In this document: positions 47,353-57,636 of the stretch, piece by piece
Layout of the letters: the number at the start of each line of letters is the position of its first letter
How positions within the stretch are numbered: position 1 is the first letter of the stretch
Virus record (IMG/VR): IMGVR_UViG_3300021420_000021
Span: 30,267-94,266 of that record
Source: a virus
Length of the DNA stretch: 64,000 nt
Direction: 5' to 3' (one strand)
Made by a program: the position numbers and the translations under genes
The notes under the pieces: generated by a model
What the model saw: the letters and a program-made list of their open reading frames with translations, nothing else
Told to the model about the DNA's origin: nothing
Database searches by the model: none

Positions 47353-47609
47353 TAATATCGCTTGTGCGGGGAACTTTCCCCGGTCTTAAAATTGATATAA
47401 TCGACTCCAACATAAGGGCGACCATTCGGATTAAACCAAAAACGGGACTCTATGATTCCGTTAACGGAGTTTGTATTACTGCTCTTTATTTCGTTTATAC
47501 TGTTAGCTAGAACCTCATCGGCAGCAAAATCTTTATTATGCAGAACATAAGCACGCGCATTCATAAGTAGCAACCATGCGCCGCGCAACTGAAGTTCTTT
47601 TTTAGTCAT
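47352..47609 (-). CDS. hypothetical protein
   Basis: Coupled ORF. Confidence 0.45.
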   Translation of the reverse strand: MTKKELQLRGAWLLLMNARAYVLHNKDFAADEVLANSINEIKSSNTNSVNGIIESRFWFNPNGRPYVGVDYINFKTGESSPHKRY

Positions 47610-47614
47610 ATAAT

Positions 47615-48604
47615 TTACGCCTCGACCGCATAGAATTTAAACGCTTCATCTTTATAGTCTATAACAATGTCTTCAACCGTGTCAAGCTGTTTCGTAGAAA
47701 TTGCCCGCGCACAAGGCAACATAATTTCTTTTTCGATTGTACGCCGTAAACTTCGAGCGTTATATCGTTTGTCGTAGCCTCTTTTCAAGAGTTCGGCCAA
47801 AGCCGCAGGAGTCGGAATCAACTTAGAAAAATTAGACGAAAAGAGAATACTTTGGGCTTTTCTAATTTCTAACCCGAGAATTTCTTTCATGTCTTGGATT
47901 GTCAAAGTTTTGAAACACACGATTTCGTCTAAACGATTAAGAAATTCAGGCGTAAATTTTCGTCTTGCCGCCGACATCGCCGCGTCTTCAACTTGTTGAT
48001 TATCCCGTTCGTCGTCTTCTTTGCCAAATCCGAGAACGCCGTGATCGGAATTAATCGCGCCGACATTCGATGTCATAATAATTATACAGTCTTTAAACAA
48101 AGTTGTCGAGTTATCACCTAAAGTGACAGTTCCTTTATCGAGAATACTAAGTAAAAGATGCCAAAGCGCGTCACTTGCTTTCTCGATTTCGTCAAAGAGA
48201 ATGATCGAAACGGGCATGTCTTGGGTCTGGACTGCGTTTAACGCTTTCTGTGTCAATCGTGCGGGCGTTTCTTTATGCCCGAGATATCCCGGAGGAGAGC
48301 CGATCAACTTAGCGATTTCGTGTGAATGCTGAAATTCACCGCAGTCGATTCGGACCATATTTTTATTCGACCCGAACAGCCCTTCGCACAAAGCCTCGAC
48401 TGTAGATGTTTTGCCTGTCCCGGTCGGCCCGAGAAACAAGAGACTTCCAATCGGGCGATCTTTATCGCACAATCCGCCAAGAAACTTCTCAAGAACATTC
48501 GTCAAAGCAAGAGTCGCAGGTTCTTGACCGATGATCCGATTAGCAAATTTCTCTTGTAACGCGATTGCTTTAAGACTGTGCTTCGACGTGTCGATAGCTC
48601 GCAT
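47615..48604 (-). CDS. stand-alone ClpA/ClpB D2-type AAA+ ATPase
   Basis: GPTGTGKT, LIGSPPGYLG pore loop, LFDEIEKA, PEFLNRLD, ARSLRRTIE. Confidence 0.85.
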   Translation of the reverse strand: MRAIDTSKHSLKAIALQEKFANRIIGQEPATLALTNVLEKFLGGLCDKDRPIGSLLFLGPTGTGKTSTVEALCEGLFGSNKNMVRIDCGEFQHSHEIAKLIGSPPGYLGHKETPARLTQKALNAVQTQDMPVSIILFDEIEKASDALWHLLLSILDKGTVTLGDNSTTLFKDCIIIMTSNVGAINSDHGVLGFGKEDDERDNQQVEDAAMSAARRKFTPEFLNRLDEIVCFKTLTIQDMKEILGLEIRKAQSILFSSNFSKLIPTPAALAELLKRGYDKRYNARSLRRTIEKEIMLPCARAISTKQLDTVEDIVIDYKDEAFKFYAVEA

Positions 48605-48722
48605 AAGCCTCCTAGCAAGTTCTTACGAAGTTCTTACCAAGTTATAAGTATAAAGCCGATTATCGCACCGATTGCTGCGCCGATAAGAAAGCCATAAGAG
48701 AAAGTCGCGATTAGAAATTGAA

Positions 48723-48935
48723 TCAAAATGAAAGCCGCAATTCTTGACCTTTTTCGCGAATTGCTTTTGCGAGAAGATAAACTTTTTCAAAATCGTTAAA
48801 ATCGACAACAACCGGATACGGATACTCAACAAACGCAAGTGCGATTCCGCCAATGATATTGCCACATTCCGATTCAACTCCTACGCACATTAAATTTCCT
48901 TGTACCGACCCTGCTGTATGTAATTCTAGTTTCAT
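48723..48935 (-). CDS. hypothetical protein
   Basis: Coupled ORF. Confidence 0.45.
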   Translation of the reverse strand: MKLELHTAGSVQGNLMCVGVESECGNIIGGIALAFVEYPYPVVVDFNDFEKVYLLAKAIREKGQELRLSF

Positions 48936-49270
48936 GATTGGACCTTTCCGTAAATCTTTCTATATCCTTCTGTCGCCCACATACATTCGTCGCATATCGT
49001 ATATTCGCCCGGATTTACAAAATTCGCCCAATAGGAATCGCCCGAGCAGTCATAGTATCCGGCTGTTACTGGCGAATCACTCTTAACAAATTTCTCATCG
49101 CATCGGGCACAAAAGACATAAGTTTGCGGATCAAATACACGATTTGCTTCGATTATACAGATCAGAAATCCGATCACGGCGCAACCGAAATTAAATCCGC
49201 CGCCAATCGGTATAAGTAAAACGTTGACTGAAGCAAAGATAAGAGTCAGCCACCAGATAATTTTATACAT
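48932..49270 (-). CDS. membrane protein with Zn finger
   Basis: Two TM segments; CARC...CDEC. Confidence 0.5.
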   Translation of the reverse strand: MYKIIWWLTLIFASVNVLLIPIGGGFNFGCAVIGFLICIIEANRVFDPQTYVFCARCDEKFVKSDSPVTAGYYDCSGDSYWANFVNPGEYTICDECMWATEGYRKIYGKVQS

Positions 49271-49964
49271 CTTTATCTAACCCCGTATCGTCGGGGATTT
49301 CAAACGAATTCACTGGATCAGACAGAAAATCCAACGCAATTGCCTCGATTGCCGCGCCGTCAGTTGCATCTTTGCTAATTCCTTCGTCATCTTTGCTGAC
49401 TGAACCGATATTCTTCTTCGCCGCTGCGATTGCCTTACGAACGACTTCGCGAGCCGAATGTTTGAGACTAATGTTTAGCCAGACGAGAGAATCATCGCCT
49501 GTCAACCCTTGAATCGTTGCGACTTCTTGCTTAATCTCATCAAGTGATTTAGTTGCGGCACTAGTTACAAGATTGTTAATCAGCGTCTCTGTACAAGGAC
49601 CGCCGTCATAACACGCATTAGGATCAAGTCGTGAAATCGCCCGAAGCTTGGACAAACCGATTGGCTCATACGTTTCACGCGGAACACCCGCCGCGTTCAT
49701 GACTTCTCTTATCTTTACAAGATAGTAAAGTTTGCTCAATTTTAGATCAAGCGTCTTCCCGTATTCGGCAAACGTGTTATATTTTGGTTTGAAATATCCA
49801 TTGCTTTTAATGTCATAAGCCAAGTCCATCACATCGAATGTTGATCCGCTAAGTCCTTTGATCAACTTATTCAATTGATTTCGCGCCTTAGCCGCTGCGC
49901 CAGCTTCTTGTTCGCCCACGATTACTTGGGGCTGCAAATCGGTAACTGTGTCGTACATTTCCAT
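49263..49964 (-). CDS. hypothetical protein (possibly DNA-binding)
   Basis: 233 aa, SD AGGAG. Confidence 0.65.
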   Translation of the reverse strand: MEMYDTVTDLQPQVIVGEQEAGAAAKARNQLNKLIKGLSGSTFDVMDLAYDIKSNGYFKPKYNTFAEYGKTLDLKLSKLYYLVKIREVMNAAGVPRETYEPIGLSKLRAISRLDPNACYDGGPCTETLINNLVTSAATKSLDEIKQEVATIQGLTGDDSLVWLNISLKHSAREVVRKAIAAAKKNIGSVSKDDEGISKDATDGAAIEAIALDFLSDPVNSFEIPDDTGLDKDV

Positions 49965-49972
49965 AATTTCTC

Positions 49973-51124
49973 CTATACGTGTGAATCAACTAACGGTTTT
50001 ACACCCGATACTTTACTTTTAAGCATTTTCCAGATAATCGGACGAACATTTTTTCCATCTAACATTGCAAAAAGAACACCCGAAATCGGCTTGTTCTGTT
50101 CATTCGTAAAAAGTTCTGCCCATTGCTTGCGTGTCGGCAATTCATTTCCGTAAGGCGGCGCGTTTAACACTGCTCGGGCGCAAATAAACATTGTTTCTGC
50201 CGCGTCATTAATTTGCTTGTATTCGTTCTCCAAATATCGCCGCCACTTGCTAAGAAAATGACTAAACCAAGGGTTTGTTTCGTTCGTCCATTGATCTAAA
50301 ACGCTCGTCCAGCTATTCTCTAGCGCTTCGAGAATGCGTTTCGGGCTAGTTTGTGTCACAATACGATGGATTTTCAAGTATTCGAGTAGTTTCACCTTGA
50401 GACGAAATGGCGTCTGCCCCTGTCTACACCACACGAGCACAAAGCCTTCAAAGTTCTGCTTATTCGTATTCGCTTCTTTTAATGCTTTCTCCATCGTGAA
50501 ACTGTACTTTTCAGGAATGGACAAACTGTTCAAAGACGCATACTGACACAAATCATCGTAATCAACTTCTTCGCCCGTTTCGTTATCGATCAATGCGAGC
50601 AATGTCAACCCTTCTCGTTTTCCATAGTCAACAACGATCCGCAGATTCGGCGTCAATCCTTCAAACACAGGAGTAAATCCCGGACGCCAGCGCCAATTCG
50701 GGCGATGTTTCTGATACCATTTCGTCGCCCACTTTGCATGAACTGAATTGAACGAACTCTTACTCGCGATATAATCTTTCCCATTGTAATTGTACAAGAT
50801 ACAAAGAAATCCGTCCATTTTTTCGTAAATCTCAGGCTCGCCCGGAGGAAGTAAATTTACAGTATCAGAAAGAATCGCTTGTCCGTAATTAAAGAATTTC
50901 TCAAATGGTCGAGCAACAATTTCAAATGTTTCTGTATTGTAAATCAGCCCGCGACATTTTGTTGTTACAGAATCCCAAACATTATCATAAACCGCCTTTC
51001 GGCCATAACACATAATCGCGAGCGGAAATTCGTCATGAAAGTTCCGGTCGATCAAACACGAATCGATATATTCATCAAGTTTGTCGGCGTCGATTCCCAA
51101 GTACGTGAATAAATTCATAATCAC
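49973..51124 (-). CDS. T4 Rnl1-like RNA ligase
   Basis: CRGLI...ARPFEKFFN, EKMDG (adenylated Lys), FE, EGFV, KVK..EY. Confidence 0.85.
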   Translation of the reverse strand: MIMNLFTYLGIDADKLDEYIDSCLIDRNFHDEFPLAIMCYGRKAVYDNVWDSVTTKCRGLIYNTETFEIVARPFEKFFNYGQAILSDTVNLLPPGEPEIYEKMDGFLCILYNYNGKDYIASKSSFNSVHAKWATKWYQKHRPNWRWRPGFTPVFEGLTPNLRIVVDYGKREGLTLLALIDNETGEEVDYDDLCQYASLNSLSIPEKYSFTMEKALKEANTNKQNFEGFVLVWCRQGQTPFRLKVKLLEYLKIHRIVTQTSPKRILEALENSWTSVLDQWTNETNPWFSHFLSKWRRYLENEYKQINDAAETMFICARAVLNAPPYGNELPTRKQWAELFTNEQNKPISGVLFAMLDGKNVRPIIWKMLKSKVSGVKPLVDSHV

Positions 51125-51420
51125 CCCGCGTTAAAAGATGAACAAATTACGCCTGCTTCAACTCCCGGCGCGGCTTTGCCAAGATATTCCACATCGACTT
51201 GATCCGCATCAGCCCAACAATAATTATGAACCTCTTTTGACTCTGAAGTTGTATGTCCGGGCCAAATCCACCACCAAGAATCGTCATGATATGTATAAAC
51301 GAAATCATTTATGGCCGGATATATTTTTCGGGCTGATTCTTCATCTTCTGCCACGACAACAGCAGAGTCGTAAGTGTCGTAGTCATTATTGACGCCCTGT
51401 GAGATGAGATAAAGATTCAT
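51121..51420 (-). CDS. conserved phage hypothetical protein
   Basis: NDYDTYDSAVVVAEDEE.AR...VICSSFNAG. Confidence 0.65.
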   Translation of the reverse strand: MNLYLISQGVNNDYDTYDSAVVVAEDEESARKIYPAINDFVYTYHDDSWWWIWPGHTTSESKEVHNYCWADADQVDVEYLGKAAPGVEAGVICSSFNAG

Positions 51421-51612
51421 TAATCCGCCTTTAGTTCAGGATGTTCTGTTTGAATTTCTTTCTTGATATCGCGATCAACACCGTCGATAATCGCGTTCTG
51501 ATGCTCAGTTTTACGTCCGGGCGCATTCTTTCGCCCGCCGTTACTTTGTACAAACGTTTTTCCGTTTAGCCAAGATAACTTCGGCAAATCGCGCATATTT
51601 CACCTCTATATG

Positions 51613-51641
51613 AATATACTATGTATTCGGATGATTGTCAA
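51613..51641 (-). promoter_or_regulatory. sigma70-like promoter
   Basis: TTGACA-17 bp-TATATT. Confidence 0.7.
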
Positions 51642-52686
51642 CAAATTTCTTTTCACAGGCCGCGCACATCGTTTCTGCGCCGTTACAGCCTTTCTTTCGG
51701 CGCGAGCCTTTGTACTTTGTATAATCGAGACATTGCAATTGTCGTTCCGCCGCAAGTACTTCTTTCGCCCGATCACGTTTCTGAGTCTTGATATCGTCAA
51801 TTCGGTCTTCGATCTTATGAACTGATCTATAAAGTGCCAACGCGTTCAGAAATCCTTGAAAGTCTTGGTCAAATAAATCTTGACCTGTCACATGCCACGG
51901 ATCGAATTCCGCATCATCTTTCCCGAGTCTTATGATCCATCGGTCGTCAATCGTTTTGCCCGATTCTTCCTGAATTGCCTGTTGGTAGGCCGAAGTTTGG
52001 AGCAAATATTCGATATAAAGATAATTACTCGTTTTCCAATCAACGAGCGTATATCGGCCTTTAAACGTCGCCGGGCAACATTCTTTATCGGTACATGAGT
52101 CAACAAATGCGAGTCCATCTGCTGTTCCGGCGTAGTTATATTTCCGGGAGAAGCATTTACGCTCTGTCGAAATCCATCTGACATTATGTTTATGCATCCA
52201 TTCAAGGGCGGCGGTAACGGCGTTTGCGGCTCGTTCATCAGATGGAAATTTGGAGAGTAATTCAAGTCGTCTGTCCTCTTTCTCTTCGATTATACTTTGT
52301 ATATAATTCTCAATCCATTCGTGGGCCGCGTGCCCGGTTTCGCCTGCTGCTTCGAGTTCTTCTTTGTCAGCTTTCTTTGCTTGGGCGATCAGTTCATCTA
52401 ATGTCGTTGAAAGATCAAGTTCACTTAATTCCCAAAGGGGTAAGCCGATAATTAGCTTTTTTAATTTCTCAAGTGCTTTCTTTACGGCCCATCGCATCAA
52501 AACTTCCGACTTGTCGATAATATGACAAACTGTCGTTACTCCGTCTTGACGTTCTCTTGATCCGTCTGGAAGAACGCGATAATAACTCCATTTTGACTGA
52601 TCGAATAGTAAAGTTTCTGTTCCGCCGTAAAAAGAATAACTCGGCAAATCGCCAAAGCCGTCTGCGTAAAGAATCAGCGGCTTCAA
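51619..52686 (-). CDS. PD-(D/E)xK exonuclease-like protein
   Basis: GVTTV, G...HEWIE, YAGTADG, VDWKTS, Q.SAY. Confidence 0.8.
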   Translation of the reverse strand: MKPLILYADGFGDLPSYSFYGGTETLLFDQSKWSYYRVLPDGSRERQDGVTTVCHIIDKSEVLMRWAVKKALEKLKKLIIGLPLWELSELDLSTTLDELIAQAKKADKEELEAAGETGHAAHEWIENYIQSIIEEKEDRRLELLSKFPSDERAANAVTAALEWMHKHNVRWISTERKCFSRKYNYAGTADGLAFVDSCTDKECCPATFKGRYTLVDWKTSNYLYIEYLLQTSAYQQAIQEESGKTIDDRWIIRLGKDDAEFDPWHVTGQDLFDQDFQGFLNALALYRSVHKIEDRIDDIKTQKRDRAKEVLAAERQLQCLDYTKYKGSRRKKGCNGAETMCAACEKKFVDNHPNT

Positions 52687-53195
52687 TTCATCTCCGAACT
52701 TACTTCCGGGCGAAATGATTCAAATCTGACTCGACCTTCGTCGATTGCGCGTTTTACCTGAACTTGTCTTGAATTCAATTTTGCAACGCCAGTTTTGACA
52801 TCAAGAAGAACGACCGATTTCAATATTCCTTCGTCAAGTCCGTCGAAGATCAAATAATCAATCGGAGCGCCGATAAAGTGCGAGTCTTTCGGATTGTAAT
52901 TAAATCCATTCAAATACGGCGCAAATTGTTCTGAAATCAATCCCCGATTTACGGCCCGAGATATTTTGACTGCACTTGCGCGTTCTTTTTCTGTATGTTC
53001 GAATTTCCAATCTGCAAACTTTAATTCGTATTCGCCCGCGACTAAAGATTTATGTCGTTCGAGTTCCGATTGCATTTGTTCTTGCGCTTGCATTCGAATC
53101 GCAGTCGTATCGGCGTCTTGTTTCGCGAGCAAGTTTGAATATCTGCGCCAAAGAATTATGACGATTATACACAATACAATGATTGCTATTAGCAT
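52683..53195 (-). CDS. membrane-anchored Holliday-junction-resolvase-like endonuclease
   Basis: N-terminal TM; G...EQFAPY...FIGAPIDYLIFDG...DVKTG. Confidence 0.75.
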   Translation of the reverse strand: MLIAIIVLCIIVIILWRRYSNLLAKQDADTTAIRMQAQEQMQSELERHKSLVAGEYELKFADWKFEHTEKERASAVKISRAVNRGLISEQFAPYLNGFNYNPKDSHFIGAPIDYLIFDGLDEGILKSVVLLDVKTGVAKLNSRQVQVKRAIDEGRVRFESFRPEVSSEMN

Positions 53196-53212
53196 GAATC
53201 CTTTCTAATAGT

Positions 53213-53533
53213 TTAAATCCATTCTGGACCGAACGGCCCTTGACACGTTGCGCCAATATTACCGCAGTCAGTTGGCACTTTGTTTTTATCGATTACATCA
53301 TGAATCGTCCGAAGCGCCATCGCCGCCAACTGGATCAATTCCGTTCGCATTTGGGGCCGAGTATCGCGATTCTTATTCAAATTATACTTTTTAACTTCGT
53401 CCCAGAATTCATCAAATTCTTCTTTGATAACTCCATAACCTTCGTGCGGCCCGTTAATTGGCGCGAATAAAGATTGCGCCCGATTTACTTCGGCGGCGAC
53501 TTCTTGTACAAGACCATCGACTATATAGCTCAT
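53213..53533 (-). CDS. MazG-like NTP pyrophosphohydrolase
   Basis: HEGYGVIKEEFDE...ELIQLAAM. Confidence 0.55.
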   Translation of the reverse strand: MSYIVDGLVQEVAAEVNRAQSLFAPINGPHEGYGVIKEEFDEFWDEVKKYNLNKNRDTRPQMRTELIQLAAMALRTIHDVIDKNKVPTDCGNIGATCQGPFGPEWI

Positions 53534-53855
53534 TTCTTTTTCTCCTGTTTATTCTTCGCCTGACTCGCGACAAGATCAAGCGCGTCTTTATACAAATAAA
53601 GTCCTTGAAATTGCGGTTCGCGCCAACGCCACGGACTAGATATATTAAGTTTCTTCCAGCCGTGTTTAAAAAGCCGCGCTTCGCCGTCAGGATCAGACTT
53701 AATTTTGATATTTTTCATTCGTCTTTCTTTGAACAATATTGTCAAGTATTTCGCCTGTCAAACGTTGTTCAACCGAAGATTCGTTAATTTTCAGAACACG
53801 AATCCCAGACTTGTTTTGAACTTGAATCAAATCATCTTGATGAATACTTGGAAAT

Positions 53856-54806
53856 TCAGACATATATTTTCTCCTGTGCGCGAATGCGCTTAATATATCC
53901 ATTATCGACTGCATTCAGAAACTTGTCAACATAATTCGGATCATAAGCGGCACAAATATCCGGATAGTGCTCGACTGCAAACTCTCGGAAATATCCGGAA
54001 GTCAATGTCGTTCCTATTCTCATCATCGACCACTGAAACGCCGATTTCGCGTCAGCCAATTTCTTGCCTTCATAAAGCATAGGCAAAATTCCGCGCTCAA
54101 GGGCGATTACATACGCTTCTTCGAGAACGCATTGAATTTGTTGTTCATAAGTCAATTCAAAGAACTTCTCTTTGCTCGATTTTACCGTCCCGGATGAACT
54201 GTCAGCAATATACGTAAACATCGGCCATTCGCGGTGCGCCATGACATGATGAATTTCATCGTGTTCGAAAGTGTGATTAGAAACATCATCTTTAAAGAAT
54301 TCATCTTTCGATTTATTCAAACTTGGCGGGCGTTTCGTATGTTTCGTTTCTTCGGCCTTTAGCTTCGTAATTTCGGGCATCGAATCAACGCCGCCGACTA
54401 AGTCTTTCAGGAGATGATAATCACGAATGTGCTTTTCCCAATGTCGAGCGAGAAATCTGTGTGACCGCTTTAACGAATAAAGCATGTCAATACTTGCAAG
54501 CGCAATCGGTTCGCCGTAAACTTCAATCGCTGAATTTGATTCTTTACGGCCCGCGATATAAGCCGCCGTTGCAGGAGATTCTTCAGCTATCTGGAATTCA
54601 ATTGCACGAAACGGTAAATTGGGCGGATTATACACGATATAATGGCCGTTTGATACATGTTCACAATCTCTGTGAATATCGTGTCGCCAACAGAAATCGA
54701 TCATTTCTTCCGTCGTACACATGATATCTAAATCTTGCGGACGACGAAATTCAATACCGAGAAATCGGCAATGATCGGCTAAAGCTGTTGATCCGATGAT
54801 GATCAT
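53856..54806 (-). CDS. nucleotidyltransferase-like phage protein
   Basis: IIGS.AL...DLD; K.SH...W.KH..D; HD..H...EEAYV.A.ER. Confidence 0.65.
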   Translation of the reverse strand: MIIIGSTALADHCRFLGIEFRRPQDLDIMCTTEEMIDFCWRHDIHRDCEHVSNGHYIVYNPPNLPFRAIEFQIAEESPATAAYIAGRKESNSAIEVYGEPIALASIDMLYSLKRSHRFLARHWEKHIRDYHLLKDLVGGVDSMPEITKLKAEETKHTKRPPSLNKSKDEFFKDDVSNHTFEHDEIHHVMAHREWPMFTYIADSSSGTVKSSKEKFFELTYEQQIQCVLEEAYVIALERGILPMLYEGKKLADAKSAFQWSMMRIGTTLTSGYFREFAVEHYPDICAAYDPNYVDKFLNAVDNGYIKRIRAQEKIYV

Positions 54807-54817
54807 AAGAACCTCGT

Positions 54818-55078
54818 TTACCAGCAATTAGACGATTCGTAGCTTTCTTCGTAAACTGGTTCGACTTCTTCAGACGACTCAAACGCGCTCAATTGCTTAA
54901 ATCGTTCTTGAAGTTCTTGTTCAGTGGGAACAACGATTGTCGCGCCGATTTTCTTTGCTTTCGCGGCGATACTTCGGAATTCAGATTGCGCGTCTTCAAT
55001 CGTCAAATCGCGGCGATTAAGCGAGTCCATAACAGTCGCAATCTGTTGATAAATTTGAGTAATTGTTTCTTTTGCCAT
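54818..55078 (-). CDS. hypothetical protein
   Basis: SD AGGAGG; acidic tail. Confidence 0.6.
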   Translation of the reverse strand: MAKETITQIYQQIATVMDSLNRRDLTIEDAQSEFRSIAAKAKKIGATIVVPTEQELQERFKQLSAFESSEEVEPVYEESYESSNCW

Positions 55079-55085
55079 AATCCTC

Positions 55086-55745
55086 CTAAATTTCTACAAT
55101 CCAAGGTTTGTTTACGACTTCGTAAGCTTCATTTACGACACTCGCGTTAAAGAATTCTGTTCCGTTGACTGATTTATGACCGTATCCGCAATGAACGTGT
55201 CCGAATACGTGTACTTTAGGGCGAATAGTCATAACTCTTAGGTTCAAATCGGCACATCCGACATGTTCATTCCATACACGATCTAAAACTCCCATCGGCG
55301 GGCCGTGTGTAATAAGTACGTCTGTATTCTGCGGAATCAAATCCCAACGTTCTCGGATTTGCCCGCCACGATACGCGTTAAACGCCCATCCGCCAAACCA
55401 AGGCGTAAACGGACTTCCATAAAACTTTACGCCGTCAATCACTGCGCCCGAATCGCGCAAATAATGAACGTCTTTAAAGAAGTCATTACGCAAAATATCT
55501 TCGCAGTTCTCTTGCATAAATGCTTGACACGCCCAATCGTGATTGCCTGCGATTGCTACGACGTGGGCAAATCTCTTCGTCTGTTCGTTCAGCCAATCTG
55601 TGGCGTTTTTTAATTCTTTAATGCGATGTTTATTGTCCGGATCGCCATTACACAAATCTCCGGCGTGAACGAGAACATCACAACCATCAGGCAAAACAAG
55701 TTGATCATGGAGAGAATGCGTATCGGAAATCAAGCAAAGTTTCAT
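55086..55745 (-). CDS. metallophosphoesterase
   Basis: ISDTH, HAGD, GNHD, THGPP, FGHVH. Confidence 0.9.
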   Translation of the reverse strand: MKLCLISDTHSLHDQLVLPDGCDVLVHAGDLCNGDPDNKHRIKELKNATDWLNEQTKRFAHVVAIAGNHDWACQAFMQENCEDILRNDFFKDVHYLRDSGAVIDGVKFYGSPFTPWFGGWAFNAYRGGQIRERWDLIPQNTDVLITHGPPMGVLDRVWNEHVGCADLNLRVMTIRPKVHVFGHVHCGYGHKSVNGTEFFNASVVNEAYEVVNKPWIVEI

Positions 55746-55747
55746 TG

Positions 55748-55987
55748 TTATCCTTTTATAACTTTCCAATCGTTCGTGTATTTCAGAACTCCGTCTCCGA
55801 CGAGCATTAAAACCGCGCCGCGCATGTCATATTTATCCGGGCGCGGATAGATTCGGCCTCGAACCTCCTCAAAGAACGCTGAAGCACAAAGGCCGGGAAA
55901 TTGCTTGACAACTGCTAAACAAACTTTTTTTAACGCATTATATTCTTCAATCTTGCCGCTTTCGTGTAGATTCCAAAGTTTGCTCAT
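55748..55987 (-). CDS. hypothetical protein
   Basis: SD GAGG. Confidence 0.5.
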   Translation of the reverse strand: MSKLWNLHESGKIEEYNALKKVCLAVVKQFPGLCASAFFEEVRGRIYPRPDKYDMRGAVLMLVGDGVLKYTNDWKVIKG

Positions 55988-56242
55988 TCGGCCTCTTTTT
56001 GTACTTCGTATAATCCTTCGCCAATACTCTGACGAACGATCAGTTCTTTCGTCGTTGCTTCGGTCTTCGTCTTGGCCGTTCCGACAATTTCGCCGTCAAG
56101 AAGAATCTCGAATGATTCGTCCCAAAGAGCTTCGATTTTGACTCGGTTAGACATAAGATTAAGAAGTGGCCCGGATCGATCTAGTCGCCTCCGGGCCTAA
56201 AGCCTAAGCAGGATAAGTGCAACTGCTGGCCCCTCTATTAAA

Positions 56243-56271
56243 AGTATACGAAATACAAAGATCGATGTCAA
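56243..56271 (-). promoter_or_regulatory. sigma70-like promoter followed by a structured leader
   Basis: TTGACA-17 bp-TATACT. Confidence 0.75.
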
Positions 56272-56489
56272 GAGAAATCGAGTGTGTTTTCGACAAATAG
56301 TTCCGAGTCGCATAACGAATAAAAGTGATTGGGTGATGATCTGTTCCAAATTTCTATTCTTCGCATTGCCTCTTCTGTTGAAATTCCGCCATTTTCATCT
56401 TCCGTCCATTCAATTCGTGAAAAATCTTTAAACGCCCATAACTTGTTCTTATAGATCGGACCATCAACGAGAAAATGTGTCACTCTCAT
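56268..56489 (-). CDS. hypothetical protein
   Basis: ATGA-coupled ORF. Confidence 0.45.
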   Translation of the reverse strand: MRVTHFLVDGPIYKNKLWAFKDFSRIEWTEDENGGISTEEAMRRIEIWNRSSPNHFYSLCDSELFVENTLDFS

Positions 56490-57094
56490 CGAAATTTTCT
56501 GCCTTCGGTACTCGGCAGCGGCAAACGCTTTTCTTCGTAATATTCGTTCGTCGTCGGTGTTTTGCCGTCAGGTTCGCCCGGAATACAAGACCCGCTATAC
56601 GTAATCCCCATCAGCACTCCGGTGAACTCTTGATCGTTTTCCATTCTGTGCGCGTCGATCCGAAGACTATTTCCGCAAAATCTAAGTTTTACAAGACTGC
56701 GCGAATGATCTGTGACTTCGATTGCTGCTTTCAAAAGATTGATTAGGCTCTTTGCGTTAACGACAATACTCGCAGTCTGCTTATTTGAATCGACAATTCC
56801 TTGTTCGAGATTCGGAACTGTAAATCGGCCCGAGGTTTTCGCTTCTAATCCTTCGGGCAAACTTACAGATTCCTCGTCTTCAGGTTTAATCTTACTGAGT
56901 GTATCTTTGGTGTATATAACAGGCTCATGTAAAGTGGTATTTTGGCCCTTCGGCAATGTTACACGTATAATGCTCGTCGTGTCTGTACAAAGAATTCCTT
57001 TCGGCCCGACAAACGCGTATTCGAATTTATCTTCGCCCATCGCGTGAAGCGCGGCGAAACATTTTTTATTGAGAATAAATCTTCGTTCAGACAT
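56486..57094 (-). CDS. hypothetical protein, possibly DNA-clamp-like fold
   Basis: Ends VNAKSL..LL...VKLRF....LRI...GVLM, reminiscent of beta-clamp domains. Confidence 0.45.
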   Translation of the reverse strand: MSERRFILNKKCFAALHAMGEDKFEYAFVGPKGILCTDTTSIIRVTLPKGQNTTLHEPVIYTKDTLSKIKPEDEESVSLPEGLEAKTSGRFTVPNLEQGIVDSNKQTASIVVNAKSLINLLKAAIEVTDHSRSLVKLRFCGNSLRIDAHRMENDQEFTGVLMGITYSGSCIPGEPDGKTPTTNEYYEEKRLPLPSTEGRKFR

Positions 57095-57636
57095 TTTTCG
57101 CGCCCCCGAATAACGAATATAGCATACTTGTCAAGAAAAATCTACTCCCCGGAAAAGTCACGTAAATTTGTATTTAGAAATCATATACTATTTTTTCTAA
57201 ATTCCGGACATTTCAGAAAGTTAAAAAAAGTAACAATATTTTTTAATTACTGTATAAATTTTACACTTACTGCGTTTTTTCGCGCTATTCGCATTTGCAG
57301 TCCCGTACAGCGTCGATAGCTTTCTGATGGCTCTAAACCTCGTTTCTCGAATAATTATCTCTCATATTGGCCTGTATTGCGTTTTCTGTACCCTTATAAG
57401 GGCCGATTAGGTCGTAAACTGCCGCTATATAGGTACTTCCAATTACCAGTGTATTCCGTCATACCAGAGCGTTAACTGTCGGCCCGAGTCTCGTTCTACG
57501 TGTGCTGCTATCTCCCGCCGACATGATCCGCAATCGTCCGTGCCAAGCGGACAATGCGCGACACAGCAATGACTATGGCGCAAACGAGAATTACACTCTG
57601 TATAAATCTTATCGCGCAACGCGAGAGTCGGAATTC

